A DNA stretch of 64,000 bases from Candidatus Altimarinota bacterium (lineage in GTDB: Bacteria; Patescibacteriota; Gracilibacteria; JBDHUY01): contig JBDHUY010000001.1 in assembly GCA_039809385.1 (NCBI GenBank), positions 1 to 64,000 on the forward strand, in the 5' to 3' direction. This document shows, piece after piece, positions 48,080-58,088 of this stretch. The translations under genes and the position numbers were made by a program. Positions within the stretch are counted from its first letter, which is position 1, and each line of letters opens with the position of its first letter. Below the pieces are notes generated by a model. It was not told where the DNA came from. It saw only the letters and a list, made by a program, of their open reading frames with translations, and searched no databases.

Positions 48080-49426
48080 TTATTCGTCGTACACCCGCTG
48101 CGTCTCCATATCGTAAAACCGCATCTCTTCCTTTTTAAACATCAGTTCCACGCGACCGGTCGGTCCGTTACGATGCTTGCGGATATAGATATCGGTAATC
48201 CCCTTACGAGTGCTGTCTTCCTCGTAATAATCTTCGCGGTACATCATCAGCACGACGTCGGCGTCCTGCTCGATCGAACCCGATTCGCGCAAATCAGCCA
48301 GAATCGGAATCTTGCCCGGACGGTTCTCGACCGCGCGGGAAAGCTGGGAGAGCGCGATAACAGGCACCGCCAGTTCGCGCGCCAGCGCTTTGAGAGAACG
48401 CGAAATTTCGGAAATTTCCTGAACCCGGTTGTTGGGATTGTTGCCGGAAATAAGCTGCAGGTAATCGATAATGATCAGATCGAGTCCGTGCTCGATCTGG
48501 AGACGTCGGGCCTTGGATTTGATTTCCATCACCGAGAACGCGGCCGAATCGTCGATAAAGATACGCGAGGAAGCCAGTTCGTCCATGACCTGTCCCAGCC
48601 GCGAAAAATCGTCGTCGGAGAGCTCTCCGCGATGCAGTTTCCACGAGTCGACCCTGAGCAGCGAGGCAAACATACGATCGACCAGCTGTTCTTTGGACAT
48701 TTCGAGCGAAAAGATCCCCACGGTCTTTTTGGCGCCGATTCCGATATTCTGGGCAAAATTGAGCGCGAACGAAGTTTTTCCCATACTGGGACGGGCTGCC
48801 ACGATAATCAGGTCGCCGCGTTTGAAACCGCTAAGCGCCTTATTCAGCGTGGCGAAACCGGTCGGGATGCCCCTGACCTGCGATTTGTCCTCGGTATCGT
48901 GCAGTTCGGCAAATTCCTCGTAGCGCTGCCGCAGAATATCCTTGATATGGATAAACTGGTTTTTGATAAACGTCTGGGTGACGTTAAACAGCGACTTCTC
49001 GGCTTCGTCCAAGAGATGTTCGATCTCCTGGTCTTCCTGAAAGCCGAGCTGGGCAATCTTCGAACCCGAGGAGATCAGTTTACGTAAGGTAGACTTGGTT
49101 TTGATGATCAGGGCGTACTCCACCAGATGGGAGGTCGTGGCGACATAGGTCGTCAATTCGGCGATATACGTCTGCCCGCCGACCGTTTCAAGCTGTTTGT
49201 TGTTTTTCAGTTCTTCGGTCACGGTAAGCAAATCGATGGGTACCCGTCGGTCATACAATGTCAGCATGGCCCCGAAAATCAGCTGGTGGGCGTCGGCATA
49301 AAAGTCTTCGGCTTTGACCACGTCGGCCACATTGATCATGGCGTCTTTTTCGATCAGGATCCCCCCCAGAACGCTGCGTTCGGCTTCATCGCTGTGGGGC
49401 GGAATGCGGGAAGTGATGTCGGACAT
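48080..49426 (-). CDS. dnaB: Replicative DNA helicase
   Basis: PPHS.EAE.SVLG, AARPSMGKT, FSLEM, IDYLQL, LSQLSR, DLRESGSIEQDAD. Confidence 0.98.
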   Translation of the reverse strand: MSDITSRIPPHSDEAERSVLGGILIEKDAMINVADVVKAEDFYADAHQLIFGAMLTLYDRRVPIDLLTVTEELKNNKQLETVGGQTYIAELTTYVATTSHLVEYALIIKTKSTLRKLISSGSKIAQLGFQEDQEIEHLLDEAEKSLFNVTQTFIKNQFIHIKDILRQRYEEFAELHDTEDKSQVRGIPTGFATLNKALSGFKRGDLIIVAARPSMGKTSFALNFAQNIGIGAKKTVGIFSLEMSKEQLVDRMFASLLRVDSWKLHRGELSDDDFSRLGQVMDELASSRIFIDDSAAFSVMEIKSKARRLQIEHGLDLIIIDYLQLISGNNPNNRVQEISEISRSLKALARELAVPVIALSQLSRAVENRPGKIPILADLRESGSIEQDADVVLMMYREDYYEEDSTRKGITDIYIRKHRNGPTGRVELMFKKEEMRFYDMETQRVYDE

Positions 49427-49656
49427 AGATAGAAAAAAGCTAAAAAACTTGTGCTAAGCGTAGCGAACGCATCAAAAGTTAAATCTGGAAGGCAAAACTT
49501 CTTGAGCATCCCGAGGATCCTTCATCGGGCGCTCTCTCTTTCAAAAGGAAGCTCAAGAAAGCCATCCTTACCCCAAGATACTTCTCATTTTCTGCCAAAG
49601 CAGAGTAAGTGTAACCAAAAGTAACAAAAAGGCAAATGGGAAAAGCAGGTGGCTTT

Positions 49657-50130
49657 TTAGAGCGAAAAATCCACCGTATCGCCTACGCCAATCCTCATCG
49701 TATCGGAGATACCGCCATTCAGTTCTAAGACATACTGCACCGCACTCCGGGACGGATAGCCGCCACACGGATCAGCTTGACAAGGAAGAGCATTCTTCTG
49801 AATGGATATGATTTTCTTATCCGCCGAAATAAACACCATATCCAGTGGGATACGCGTATTTTTCATCCAAAACGAGACCGGCTGGGCTTTTTCAAACACA
49901 AACAGCATCCCCTGATTCTCGGGCAGCTCATTCCGGTACATTAACCCTTTTTCGCGTTCAAAAACCGTATCGGCGATCTCTACCTGAAAGTCGAGTTTTT
50001 CAGTCATAGTCTGGATACGTAACGAGACAAGATTCTCTCCGGAATTTGGGTCGCGCGGCGCGGTCGTAGAGGCGCACGCAGGGAGGAGAAGCACCACTGT
50101 CAGAGCAAACCCAAGCAGTTTTAAACGCAT
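49657..50130 (-). CDS. DUF192-domain lipoprotein
   Basis: Lipobox LPAC; VEIADT..ERE.GLM.R, GMLFVF, FWMKNT.IPLD, YVLELNGG. Confidence 0.92.
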   Translation of the reverse strand: MRLKLLGFALTVVLLLPACASTTAPRDPNSGENLVSLRIQTMTEKLDFQVEIADTVFEREKGLMYRNELPENQGMLFVFEKAQPVSFWMKNTRIPLDMVFISADKKIISIQKNALPCQADPCGGYPSRSAVQYVLELNGGISDTMRIGVGDTVDFSL

Positions 50131-50214
50131 ACAAAGCGCTGTTACAAATAAGATCAGCTCGATTGAGCGACAACCGCTTCTCATGGTACAATAAAAAGAC
50201 TATCCTCTCAACGC

Positions 50215-53205
50215 ATGATTTTTTACCAGGCTTCTGTTACCGAGATCCTCACCCAGCTAAAAACCGATCCCTTGAAGGGACTGGATGAAACGGAGATACC
50301 AAAAAGACAGGCAGAAAACGGTCTGAACATCATAAAAACCGTTTCCAAACGCAGCGGAATACGCATTTTTCTGCAACAATTCGCAGACCTGCTGGTTATG
50401 TTGCTGATCGTCGCCGGATTGATTGCCCTCTACTTGGGAGAATATCGCGATACGGTCATCATGTTTCTAATTGTGGCGATCAACGCACTAATCGGTTTTT
50501 TTCAAGAATACAAAGCTGAACGGATCGTAGAATCACTGAAAAACCTGGTTAAGAAACAGACCCGGGTCATTCGTAACGGACACGAATATGAAATATCGAC
50601 CGATCAGCTCGTCCCGGGAGATATCGTCTTGCTGGAAGAAGGGGTGGGTGTAGGCGCCGATATGCGGCTGCTGGAGACCGAAAGTTTTGCCACAAATGAT
50701 TTTATTTTGACCGGAGAGTCTGACCCGCAACCCAAAGAAAGTTCGCTAACCATCACCGAAACCACACCGGTCACCGACCAGAATAATTGCGTTTTTACCG
50801 GAGTAACCGTGGCGCGGGGTTTTGCCAAAGGCGTGGTCTTTGCTACCGGCATGCAGACTGAAATTGGCAAAATTGCCGAACACACTGAAAATATACAAAA
50901 TACCTCTTCGCCCCTGCAACGAGAGATCGGCATGCTGGCCAAAACCATTACCTGGATGGCGGGCGTTCTGACGATCATGCTCTTTTTGGTACAGATCCTG
51001 ATTATGAAGGGAGGAATAGAAAGCGCCTTTATCTTTGCGATCGGCATCGCGGTATCGATGGTACCGCAGGGATTACCCGCCCAGATCAGCGTGGCGTTGT
51101 CACTCGGCACCGGGCGGATGGCCAGACAACGAGCCGTGGTCAAAAAACTCTCGGCCATCGAAACCCTCGGCTGCGCCACGGTGATCGCTACCGACAAAAC
51201 CGGAACGATCACCAAAAATGAGATGAGCATCGTTTCGATATATATAAACGGTACTATCTTTAGCGTCACGGGCAGCGGCTACGCCCCACAGGGCGAGATA
51301 GTTGATGCAGATGGCAAAACTTATACGAAAGAACGTCTCCAAGATCTGAAAGTATTTTTCCTGGACGGCTATCTGGCCTCTACCGGCCGCGTCAATCCGC
51401 CGGATACCGAACATGCCACCTGGTATCCGCTCGGCGATCCTACCGAAGCGGCATTCGCCACGTTGGCCATGAAAGCCGGCTACGAGCTGGGCGAGGTAGA
51501 AAAAGAGTATCCGAAAGTAAGAGTCTTTCCGTTCGATTCCCAGCGCAAGCGCATGACGGTATTGCGGGAACATACCGGCAAACATATTGCCTTTTTAAAA
51601 GGAGGGATCGAATCCATCCTGGAAGTTTCCAACCAGCTGATCCAGAACAATACCGTCAGACCGCTCAACGACGAGGACCGAAAAAGGCTCTTGGAACTAG
51701 TCAAAACCTATGCCGCCGAAGGCAAACGCGTCATCGCCCTTGCCTATCGAGATATGGGGGAAAGAGCGACCAGCCAGCATTCCTCCTCCCTGGCAAGGGA
51801 GGAGCCAGAGGAGGGTCAGGAAAGATCGAATCAAGAAGCTAGAATCAAGAAGCCAGAATCTGGGGAAGAAGAATCTGCTCCGTCAGGAGGGTGGTCCGCC
51901 GCAGCGGACCGAGGTGTGAACCTGGAAAACAAGTACCAACCTCTTACAAAACACCCTGAAGACAGTACCCCGCTAGATAGTAGATGCCAGATACTAGATA
52001 CTTCTCCCGACTCCCCTCTCCCAACTCCGTTCTCCCAACTCCCCACCGCAGAAATCGAACAAGCAGTCACCTTCGCCGGATTTGCCGTCATGCAGGACCC
52101 GCCCCACGAGGAAGTGCGTCCGGCGCTGCGCGAAGCTTTTGCCGCGTCGTTAAAAATAGTCATGATTACCGGCGACAATGCCGTGACTGCCAAGGCGATT
52201 GCCAATGAGATTGGGATGACGGCAGAAGGAAACACGATCCCTACGGTCGTAAACGGTGACGAACTAAAAGCTATGTCCGACCCGGAAGTCGGAAGATTTT
52301 TGGAACGGCGCGCTATCATCTTTTCACGCGTTTCCCCCGACGACAAATTACGGATCGTTTCTTTGTTGAGGGAAAGAGGCGAGATCGTGGCAGTGACCGG
52401 TGACGGGGTCAACGATACTCTCTCGCTCAAACAAGCTGATATCGGCGTAGCCATGGGGCAAAAAGGCGCGGAGGTCGCCAAAGAAGCGGCCGATATGGTG
52501 CTCCTGGACGATAATTTTTCGACCATCGTGGTCGCCATCCGCGAAGGGCGTACCATCTACAAAAACCTGGAAAAGACCATTCTCGCTACTCTCTGCGCCA
52601 ACTTCGGCGAACTTACCTGCGTACTGCTGGGATTTATCGGAACCGCATTTTTCGAGCTGCCCATGGCGATTCTGGCGATCCAGATCCTCTCGGTAGATCT
52701 GATCGGGGAAGTACTGCCCCTGACAATGCTCACCTTTGATCCGCCCGAAGCGGCTTTGATGAAAAGAGCGCCCCGCGATGTAAAAAGCCACATTGTCACG
52801 CAGAAAAGATTGAAAGGGATCATCTTTTCCGGATTTCTCATTGGTCTTTTGGCGTTTCTCAGCTTTCTGGCAGTGTATCACTGGAATACGTTCGACGGAA
52901 CGAATCTGACAGCCCGGGCCCAGACCGCGGCGTATGTCAGCATTGTGTTTATCCAGCTGACGAATATCATGTCGAGTCGCAGCGGGAAACCGATCTGGAA
53001 CAAATACTTTTTCTCGAACACCAAGCTACTCCTCAGCCTTCTGATCTCCATCGTATTTGTGCTCGTAATCGTCTATGTTCCGCTGGTAAACGCCTTCCTG
53101 CATACCGCTCCCCTGCTGTGGCAAGACTGGCTCTATCCGGTGGGCGGGGCGTTCGTGTTGCTCGTACTGAACGAGTTTGTTAAAACCAGATCCAAGAGAG
53201 AATAG
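50215..53205 (+). CDS. Cation-transporting P-type ATPase (type II) with an in-frame repeat-derived insertion
   Basis: LTGES, VPQGLP, DKTGT, GDPTE, MITGD, TGDGVND motifs. Confidence 0.95.
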   Translation: MIFYQASVTEILTQLKTDPLKGLDETEIPKRQAENGLNIIKTVSKRSGIRIFLQQFADLLVMLLIVAGLIALYLGEYRDTVIMFLIVAINALIGFFQEYKAERIVESLKNLVKKQTRVIRNGHEYEISTDQLVPGDIVLLEEGVGVGADMRLLETESFATNDFILTGESDPQPKESSLTITETTPVTDQNNCVFTGVTVARGFAKGVVFATGMQTEIGKIAEHTENIQNTSSPLQREIGMLAKTITWMAGVLTIMLFLVQILIMKGGIESAFIFAIGIAVSMVPQGLPAQISVALSLGTGRMARQRAVVKKLSAIETLGCATVIATDKTGTITKNEMSIVSIYINGTIFSVTGSGYAPQGEIVDADGKTYTKERLQDLKVFFLDGYLASTGRVNPPDTEHATWYPLGDPTEAAFATLAMKAGYELGEVEKEYPKVRVFPFDSQRKRMTVLREHTGKHIAFLKGGIESILEVSNQLIQNNTVRPLNDEDRKRLLELVKTYAAEGKRVIALAYRDMGERATSQHSSSLAREEPEEGQERSNQEARIKKPESGEEESAPSGGWSAAADRGVNLENKYQPLTKHPEDSTPLDSRCQILDTSPDSPLPTPFSQLPTAEIEQAVTFAGFAVMQDPPHEEVRPALREAFAASLKIVMITGDNAVTAKAIANEIGMTAEGNTIPTVVNGDELKAMSDPEVGRFLERRAIIFSRVSPDDKLRIVSLLRERGEIVAVTGDGVNDTLSLKQADIGVAMGQKGAEVAKEAADMVLLDDNFSTIVVAIREGRTIYKNLEKTILATLCANFGELTCVLLGFIGTAFFELPMAILAIQILSVDLIGEVLPLTMLTFDPPEAALMKRAPRDVKSHIVTQKRLKGIIFSGFLIGLLAFLSFLAVYHWNTFDGTNLTARAQTAAYVSIVFIQLTNIMSSRSGKPIWNKYFFSNTKLLLSLLISIVFVLVIVYVPLVNAFLHTAPLLWQDWLYPVGGAFVLLVLNEFVKTRSKRE

Positions 53206-53229
53206 TATTTAGTATTTAGTATTTAGTAT
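53203..53229. repeat. Heptamer tandem repeat (TAGTATT) x ~4
   Basis: tagtatttagtatttagtatttagtat starting at the ATPase stop codon. Confidence 0.85.
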
Positions 53230-53396
53230 GGGAACACTTCCTGCAGATTGTCTAAGGATTATGCGTAGTACGTGATTTTCCGTGTTTCTTTCCCCATTGC
53301 TCTGTCCCCGCTGTTCGCTGTAAGCTGACCGCTGTCAGCCTATCCCCTCTGATTCTCCTCCGTTCTCCCCACTCCCTTCTCCTAACTCCCCTCCCC

Positions 53397-54665
53397 ATGT
53401 ACTTCTCCCAAGACTTCATGTTCCACTTTCTCATCGCCCTGACACTGGGAGCTCTGATCGGAACGCAGCGCGAACGTGTCCAACAGCAACTGAAGATCCA
53501 GGAATTTGGCGGGATACGCTCTTTTATGTTTATCGCCATGACCGGTTTTTTATCCGGATATTTGGGGAATCTGCTCTATACCTGGTTTATTGCGGTGATA
53601 TTTGTCGTCTTGAGCGCGCTCGTTTTGGTAGGGCATGTCTATAAATCGTTCCGCGAGGAAAAACCCGGTATTACTTCGGAGCTGGGCGCTATCATGACCT
53701 TTCTGGTGGGAATTTTGTGTTTCGAGAACTATCAGATCGGCATCCTGGTAGGCATTATCACCGCGTTAATCCTATCGGTCAAAGAACCGCTGCATAATTT
53801 TGTGAATAAAATTCGGGACGAGGAATTCACCGCGACACTGGAGTTTGCACTGTTAGCATTTGTCATTTTACCGCTGCTACCAAACCGGACGATCGATCCG
53901 TGGCAAATAATTAATCCGTATGAAATATGGCTTTTGGTGATTTTTATGCTGGCGATCAGCTTTATCGGCTATATTTTGAATCGGGTATTAGGACCGCAAA
54001 AGGGAGTTGTATTAACCGGAATCGTGGGCGGTATCGTTTCCAGTACCGCCGTGACGCAGGCCATGTCGGAGAAAAGTAAACTCGGTACCAAGTACCATAA
54101 GGCGTTGGTGGGGGCGACGATTGCCGCCAGCCTGATCATGCTGGTTCGCGTCCTGGTCGTTACCGGAAGTCTGAACAGCAATCTCTTACCCGAACTTGTC
54201 TGGCCGATAGGAGCCATGTTACTGGTAACCGGAATACAGATGATTATCAAACTATTTTTAGCTCGTAAAGAACTTGGAGAGAAAAATGAAGCGGACACGG
54301 CTTTTATCAAAGAAAGTCCTTTTAAACTTATGCCGGCTATCAAATTCGGGATATTTTTTATGGCGATCCTGATCATCAGCGAACTTGCCAAGAGATACCT
54401 CGGGACCGGCGGTATTTATCTGACAGCCATGGTAACGGGACTGGCCGATGTAGATGCGTTTATGCTGTCAATGATCAAAATTTCGCTCAGCGACCCCGGC
54501 TTTAGCTCGACGGCAGCCCAAGGTATAACGGTTGCGGTAGTATCAAACATGATTGTCAAAGGCAGTATCCCCTTTTTCTTTGGGCACCGTTCGTTCGCGG
54601 TACAGATCGGCCGGGCATTCGCCCTTATTGTAGCGGTTGGATTGGTAGTAGCATTCTTGTTGTAG
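53397..54665 (+). CDS. MgtC/SapB family plus DUF4010 membrane protein
   Basis: LG.LIG.QRE, GIRSF, GITSE, ILPLLP, GG.VSSTAVT, GL.DVDA. Confidence 0.92.
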   Translation: MYFSQDFMFHFLIALTLGALIGTQRERVQQQLKIQEFGGIRSFMFIAMTGFLSGYLGNLLYTWFIAVIFVVLSALVLVGHVYKSFREEKPGITSELGAIMTFLVGILCFENYQIGILVGIITALILSVKEPLHNFVNKIRDEEFTATLEFALLAFVILPLLPNRTIDPWQIINPYEIWLLVIFMLAISFIGYILNRVLGPQKGVVLTGIVGGIVSSTAVTQAMSEKSKLGTKYHKALVGATIAASLIMLVRVLVVTGSLNSNLLPELVWPIGAMLLVTGIQMIIKLFLARKELGEKNEADTAFIKESPFKLMPAIKFGIFFMAILIISELAKRYLGTGGIYLTAMVTGLADVDAFMLSMIKISLSDPGFSSTAAQGITVAVVSNMIVKGSIPFFFGHRSFAVQIGRAFALIVAVGLVVAFLL

Positions 54666-54816
54666 ATGATAAAAAACGGAGAGAGGAATGCCGGTTTTGA
54701 TCTGAAAGAGAACGGACTTTTGACTTTTGCGCTTTGAATTTTTATAATACCACCAGGCTTTATTTTTCAAAAAAACGTCCCAAAACAGGAATACAATATT
54801 TTTTAAAACCAATTCT

Positions 54817-55539
54817 ATGTCGTACTTGTCCCAACTCGCGCTTTTGAAAGAAATGCTGGAAAGCTGCGAGAGTAGCTTGCGTAGCGCCAAGCAATTGCTC
54901 AATGAGTTATCTCCGGGACAAAGCGCGCGGACCAATTATGGCAAAATAGCCGAAACGTTACCCGACATGACCGAGAATTTCGACGGACGTTCCAAAGTAG
55001 TGGAAGGTATTTTCGACGGACAGAATATGCACGGCAAAGATAAGAATATGTACCCGGTGCCTTCCAACTATGCCAGCAAATCCAAGCTGGTCGCCGGGGA
55101 CGTCCTGAAGCTGACGATCGCCGATAACGGTTCTTTCATTTACAAACAGATCGGCCCCGTCGAACGCAAACACATCATCGGCACGCTTATGTTCGATAAC
55201 GGAAAATACAAAGTATTGGCCGGCGGCAAAGCTTACAACGTGCTGACCGCTTCGGTAACGTACTATAAAGGCGAACCCGGCGACCAGGTCAGCCTGATCG
55301 TATCGGTTCCGGACGAAAGCGAATGGGCAGCCATCGACGCGGTCATTCCCCAGCACAAAGTAGGGGAAGCAGCTTCCGCCGCCGCAATGGATTTTTCGGG
55401 GGACGCTCTTTCCTTTGACGAAGACAATCCCGAAAACGGGGAGAGCGAAGAAACCGCAGAAAAACCTAAGAAGGCTAAAAGTACTGCTAAATCGCGCAAA
55501 AAAAGCGCAGGCGACGACTTCGAGAATCTGGATGTGTAG
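54817..55539 (+). CDS. Conserved hypothetical protein of a type common in CPR genomes, with acidic/basic disordered tail
   Basis: VEG.FDGQ.M, YPVP.NYASKSKLV.GD.LKLTI...G.FIYKQIGPV.RK, VL.ASVTY.K. Confidence 0.8.
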   Translation: MSYLSQLALLKEMLESCESSLRSAKQLLNELSPGQSARTNYGKIAETLPDMTENFDGRSKVVEGIFDGQNMHGKDKNMYPVPSNYASKSKLVAGDVLKLTIADNGSFIYKQIGPVERKHIIGTLMFDNGKYKVLAGGKAYNVLTASVTYYKGEPGDQVSLIVSVPDESEWAAIDAVIPQHKVGEAASAAAMDFSGDALSFDEDNPENGESEETAEKPKKAKSTAKSRKKSAGDDFENLDV

Positions 55540-55739
55540 GGAACAGTGCGGAGTTTAGAGATCGGAGCAGGAAGCTTCTTTGCAGGAAAGATAGATATTT
55601 CCTGTCTTTCTTTTGATAATGTATAACGTATTATGTATAAGGTATGAAGTATCTGGTGTGAAGTTTCTATGCTTCACTTCAACATAAAAGCAATTCATAA
55701 TTCAGCATTTATCATTTATACGTTGTCTCCCTTTCCCTG

Positions 55740-56759
55740 ATGTCCTCCTTTTCCTGGCAAAACCAGCCGCGCCCCATGATCGTGATGGCTCCCATGGACG
55801 GCTATACCGACAGCGCCATGCGCCAACTCGTCAAAACGATCGAACCACGGACGATCTGCTTTACCGAATTTTTGAGCAGCGATTACTTTTTTCATAAACC
55901 CAAGGAAGCTAAAGGACTGCTGTTTGCCGACAAGGAAAAGGAGTACCCGCTGATCGTACAATTATTTGGGAAAGAGCCCGAACACTTTGCGGTGGCAGCC
56001 AGAATAGCCCAGGAGGAAGGGGCGGCCGGGATCGATATCAACATGGGCTGCCCGGCCAAAAAGGTAGTCAACAGCATGCACGGTGCGTATTTGATGACGA
56101 ACGTCGAGTTGGGCTGCCGGATCATCGAGGCCGTCAAAAAAGTGGTAACCATTCCGGTATCGGTCAAGACCCGTCGGGGCTGGAGCGACGACAAGAATCT
56201 GATCCCGTTCGTTACCCAACTCATCGAAGCCGGCATTGACCTGATCACCATTCACGGACGCACCTATAATCAGGCTTTTAGCGGAGAAGCAGACTGGTCG
56301 GCCATTCACCGGCTCAAAGCGGCCGTATCGATCCCGGTCATTGGAAATGGGGATATAAAAGACGCGGCATCTGCCAAAGCCCGGCTCGGGCCGTTGGATG
56401 GCATGATGGTGGGACGCGGCTGTATGGGCAATCCTTGGGTGTTTAAAGAACTGGCCAGCTGCTTCTACGATCAAGCCGAGTGGAATCCGCAGAGCATTAC
56501 TCTGCTGGAGAGACTGGACACGATGCTGCTACATGCTTCCCTGCTGGTACAAACCAAAGGACTCGAACGGGGCATCATGGAAAGCCGCAAACATATGGCT
56601 TCCTACATCCGCGGCATTCCCGGAGCGGCCGAGTTCAGAAACCGCCTGGTACGGATCCAGGGCCTTCCCGAACTGGAACAGATTTTGAGCGAAATACGTT
56701 CACTAAATTCTTCTGCCCCCGACATACAGGAACTCTCGGTTCTGACAGTGTCGGCATAA
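55740..56759 (+). CDS. dusB: tRNA-dihydrouridine synthase (DusB-like)
   Basis: APM.G.TD, QLFG, DINMGCP, SVKTR.GW, IHGRT, GNGDI, GRG..GNPW. Confidence 0.93.
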   Translation: MSSFSWQNQPRPMIVMAPMDGYTDSAMRQLVKTIEPRTICFTEFLSSDYFFHKPKEAKGLLFADKEKEYPLIVQLFGKEPEHFAVAARIAQEEGAAGIDINMGCPAKKVVNSMHGAYLMTNVELGCRIIEAVKKVVTIPVSVKTRRGWSDDKNLIPFVTQLIEAGIDLITIHGRTYNQAFSGEADWSAIHRLKAAVSIPVIGNGDIKDAASAKARLGPLDGMMVGRGCMGNPWVFKELASCFYDQAEWNPQSITLLERLDTMLLHASLLVQTKGLERGIMESRKHMASYIRGIPGAAEFRNRLVRIQGLPELEQILSEIRSLNSSAPDIQELSVLTVSA

Positions 56760-56819
56760 AAGCAATTTATAAAAGTATATACCATACATATACTACTCAT
56801 AGTATGTAATATTTTGTAT

Positions 56820-57128
56820 ATGCCGCCTCAACCTACAGCTTCCACGGTCGTTTTTACCGTCAAGACTCAAAGAACCACCTATCAGAGGGTAAAAAAAATT
56901 GCGCATGGACTGGGGTTTTCATCAAACAGTATTATGTACGCTTTCCTTTTGCAGCTCATTCTGGAAAAAAGATTGGATGTACCGTTAGAAAAAGATTATG
57001 CATATCCCCAGGACATAATTGAAAAGCTCGACCAAGAAAATGAAAGGCTCAAGCGCAAAGTTATCAATGGCAGGATAACAACATACACGAATAGCAAAAC
57101 CTTGCGAAAAGATTCACTAAAAGACTAG
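56820..57128 (+). CDS. Putative RelB/DinJ-like antitoxin
   Basis: RHH-like N-terminus (VFTVK...KKIA..LG.S); directly upstream of a YafQ-like gene. Confidence 0.65.
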   Translation: MPPQPTASTVVFTVKTQRTTYQRVKKIAHGLGFSSNSIMYAFLLQLILEKRLDVPLEKDYAYPQDIIEKLDQENERLKRKVINGRITTYTNSKTLRKDSLKD

Positions 57129-57134
57129 GAGAAT

Positions 57135-57410
57135 ATGTTACGGCTCGCCTATAGCAGCAGATTTAAAAAGGATTATAAACGATTTCAACATAATTCAGAT
57201 CTTCTGGCTGAGATTGATAAGGTAATCGTTCTGCTATTATCCGAGGCTCTCATTCCCGAAAAATACCAGGGCCATCCGCTCAAAGGGAGTAAAGCGGGAC
57301 TGAAAGACTGTCATATTCGTCCGGATATCGTTTTATTATAGGGAAGAGACAAAGATGTCCGGCTTATCACGCTTCATCGAATAGGATCGCATACTCATTT
57401 GAGTCTGTAA
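57135..57410 (+). pseudogene. YafQ-family toxin with an internal amber stop
   Basis: ...DCHIRPDIVLL-TAG(57339-57341)-GRDKDVRLITLHRIGSHTHLSL* continues in frame. Confidence 0.85.
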
Positions 57411-57442
57411 AAGAATCGAGAAGTTTTTTAGGAATTCATACA

Positions 57443-57473
57443 AAAAAGCAGAGTCTTGCAAACTCTGCTTTTT
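57443..57473. terminator. Bidirectional intrinsic terminator
   Basis: AAAAAGCAGAGT-CTTGCAA-ACTCTGCTTTTT between convergent genes. Confidence 0.88.
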
Positions 57474-57504
57474 AGAAAAATCGTTAACAGTTTAAGAAAA
57501 AATA

Positions 57505-57930
57505 CTATTTTTTAGGCATTTTTTTCATCATCGCCATCGCGGCGATATTGCCGACCAAGAGCAACACAGCTCCTACCCAACCTACATAATATCCCGAAGA
57601 CATTCCGTTAATTCCCAACAGCTTGGAAGCGGCATCATCGGCCGGTATATAGGCAGTATACAGGAAGATAAAACCAACCAGAGCAAAGAGAATCGAGAGA
57701 ACCAGAAGACCTTTCATGGCTTTCATGCCGGCAACCAGGACGACAATCAGCGATAGAATTCCCAGCCACATAGCAATGCTCATTTTATTGCTGACCAGAT
57801 CCAAAGCAGGTTTCACAAAAGCCGCAGTATCGCCACTTATGCTCACCCAGCTGATGAAACCGGATACGATCAACAAAACCGCCCCCAGGGCTGACACGAG
57901 GATAGCCGGGTGCTTCGTGGAAGAAGTCAT
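57505..57930 (-). CDS. Four-TM hypothetical membrane protein
   Basis: Four hydrophobic segments, basic C-terminus. Confidence 0.75.
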   Translation of the reverse strand: MTSSTKHPAILVSALGAVLLIVSGFISWVSISGDTAAFVKPALDLVSNKMSIAMWLGILSLIVVLVAGMKAMKGLLVLSILFALVGFIFLYTAYIPADDAASKLLGINGMSSGYYVGWVGAVLLLVGNIAAMAMMKKMPKK

Positions 57931-58088
57931 ACGGAAAAAGATAAGAAGATAAAACTGTTTGGATCATAGCATCCGTTGGGGCAAAATCAATCGTTTTTCT
58001 CATTGTATAGCCAGCTTTACATATCGGGCCCGAAACAACAAAACGAGTCTTTTGGATAAGAGACTGGTTCACTGTAATACATCCATTT

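Noticed and set aside
47945-49087. 380-aa plus-strand ORF
   Set aside because: Antisense shadow of dnaB; the same applies to long antisense ORFs over murA, the PBP, lysS and the ATPase
51757-52047. Intein or self-splicing intron in the P-type ATPase
   Set aside because: No Cys/Ser start with His-Asn end and no group I/II intron features; the insert is low-complexity repeat DNA
54817-55539. Ribosomal protein assignment
   Set aside because: No ribosomal protein signature recognised; left as conserved hypothetical
57339-57341. Genome-wide TAG recoding
   Set aside because: TAG terminates many intact genes here (glycosyltransferase, ftsA-like, murA, ATPase); a single nonsense mutation is simpler
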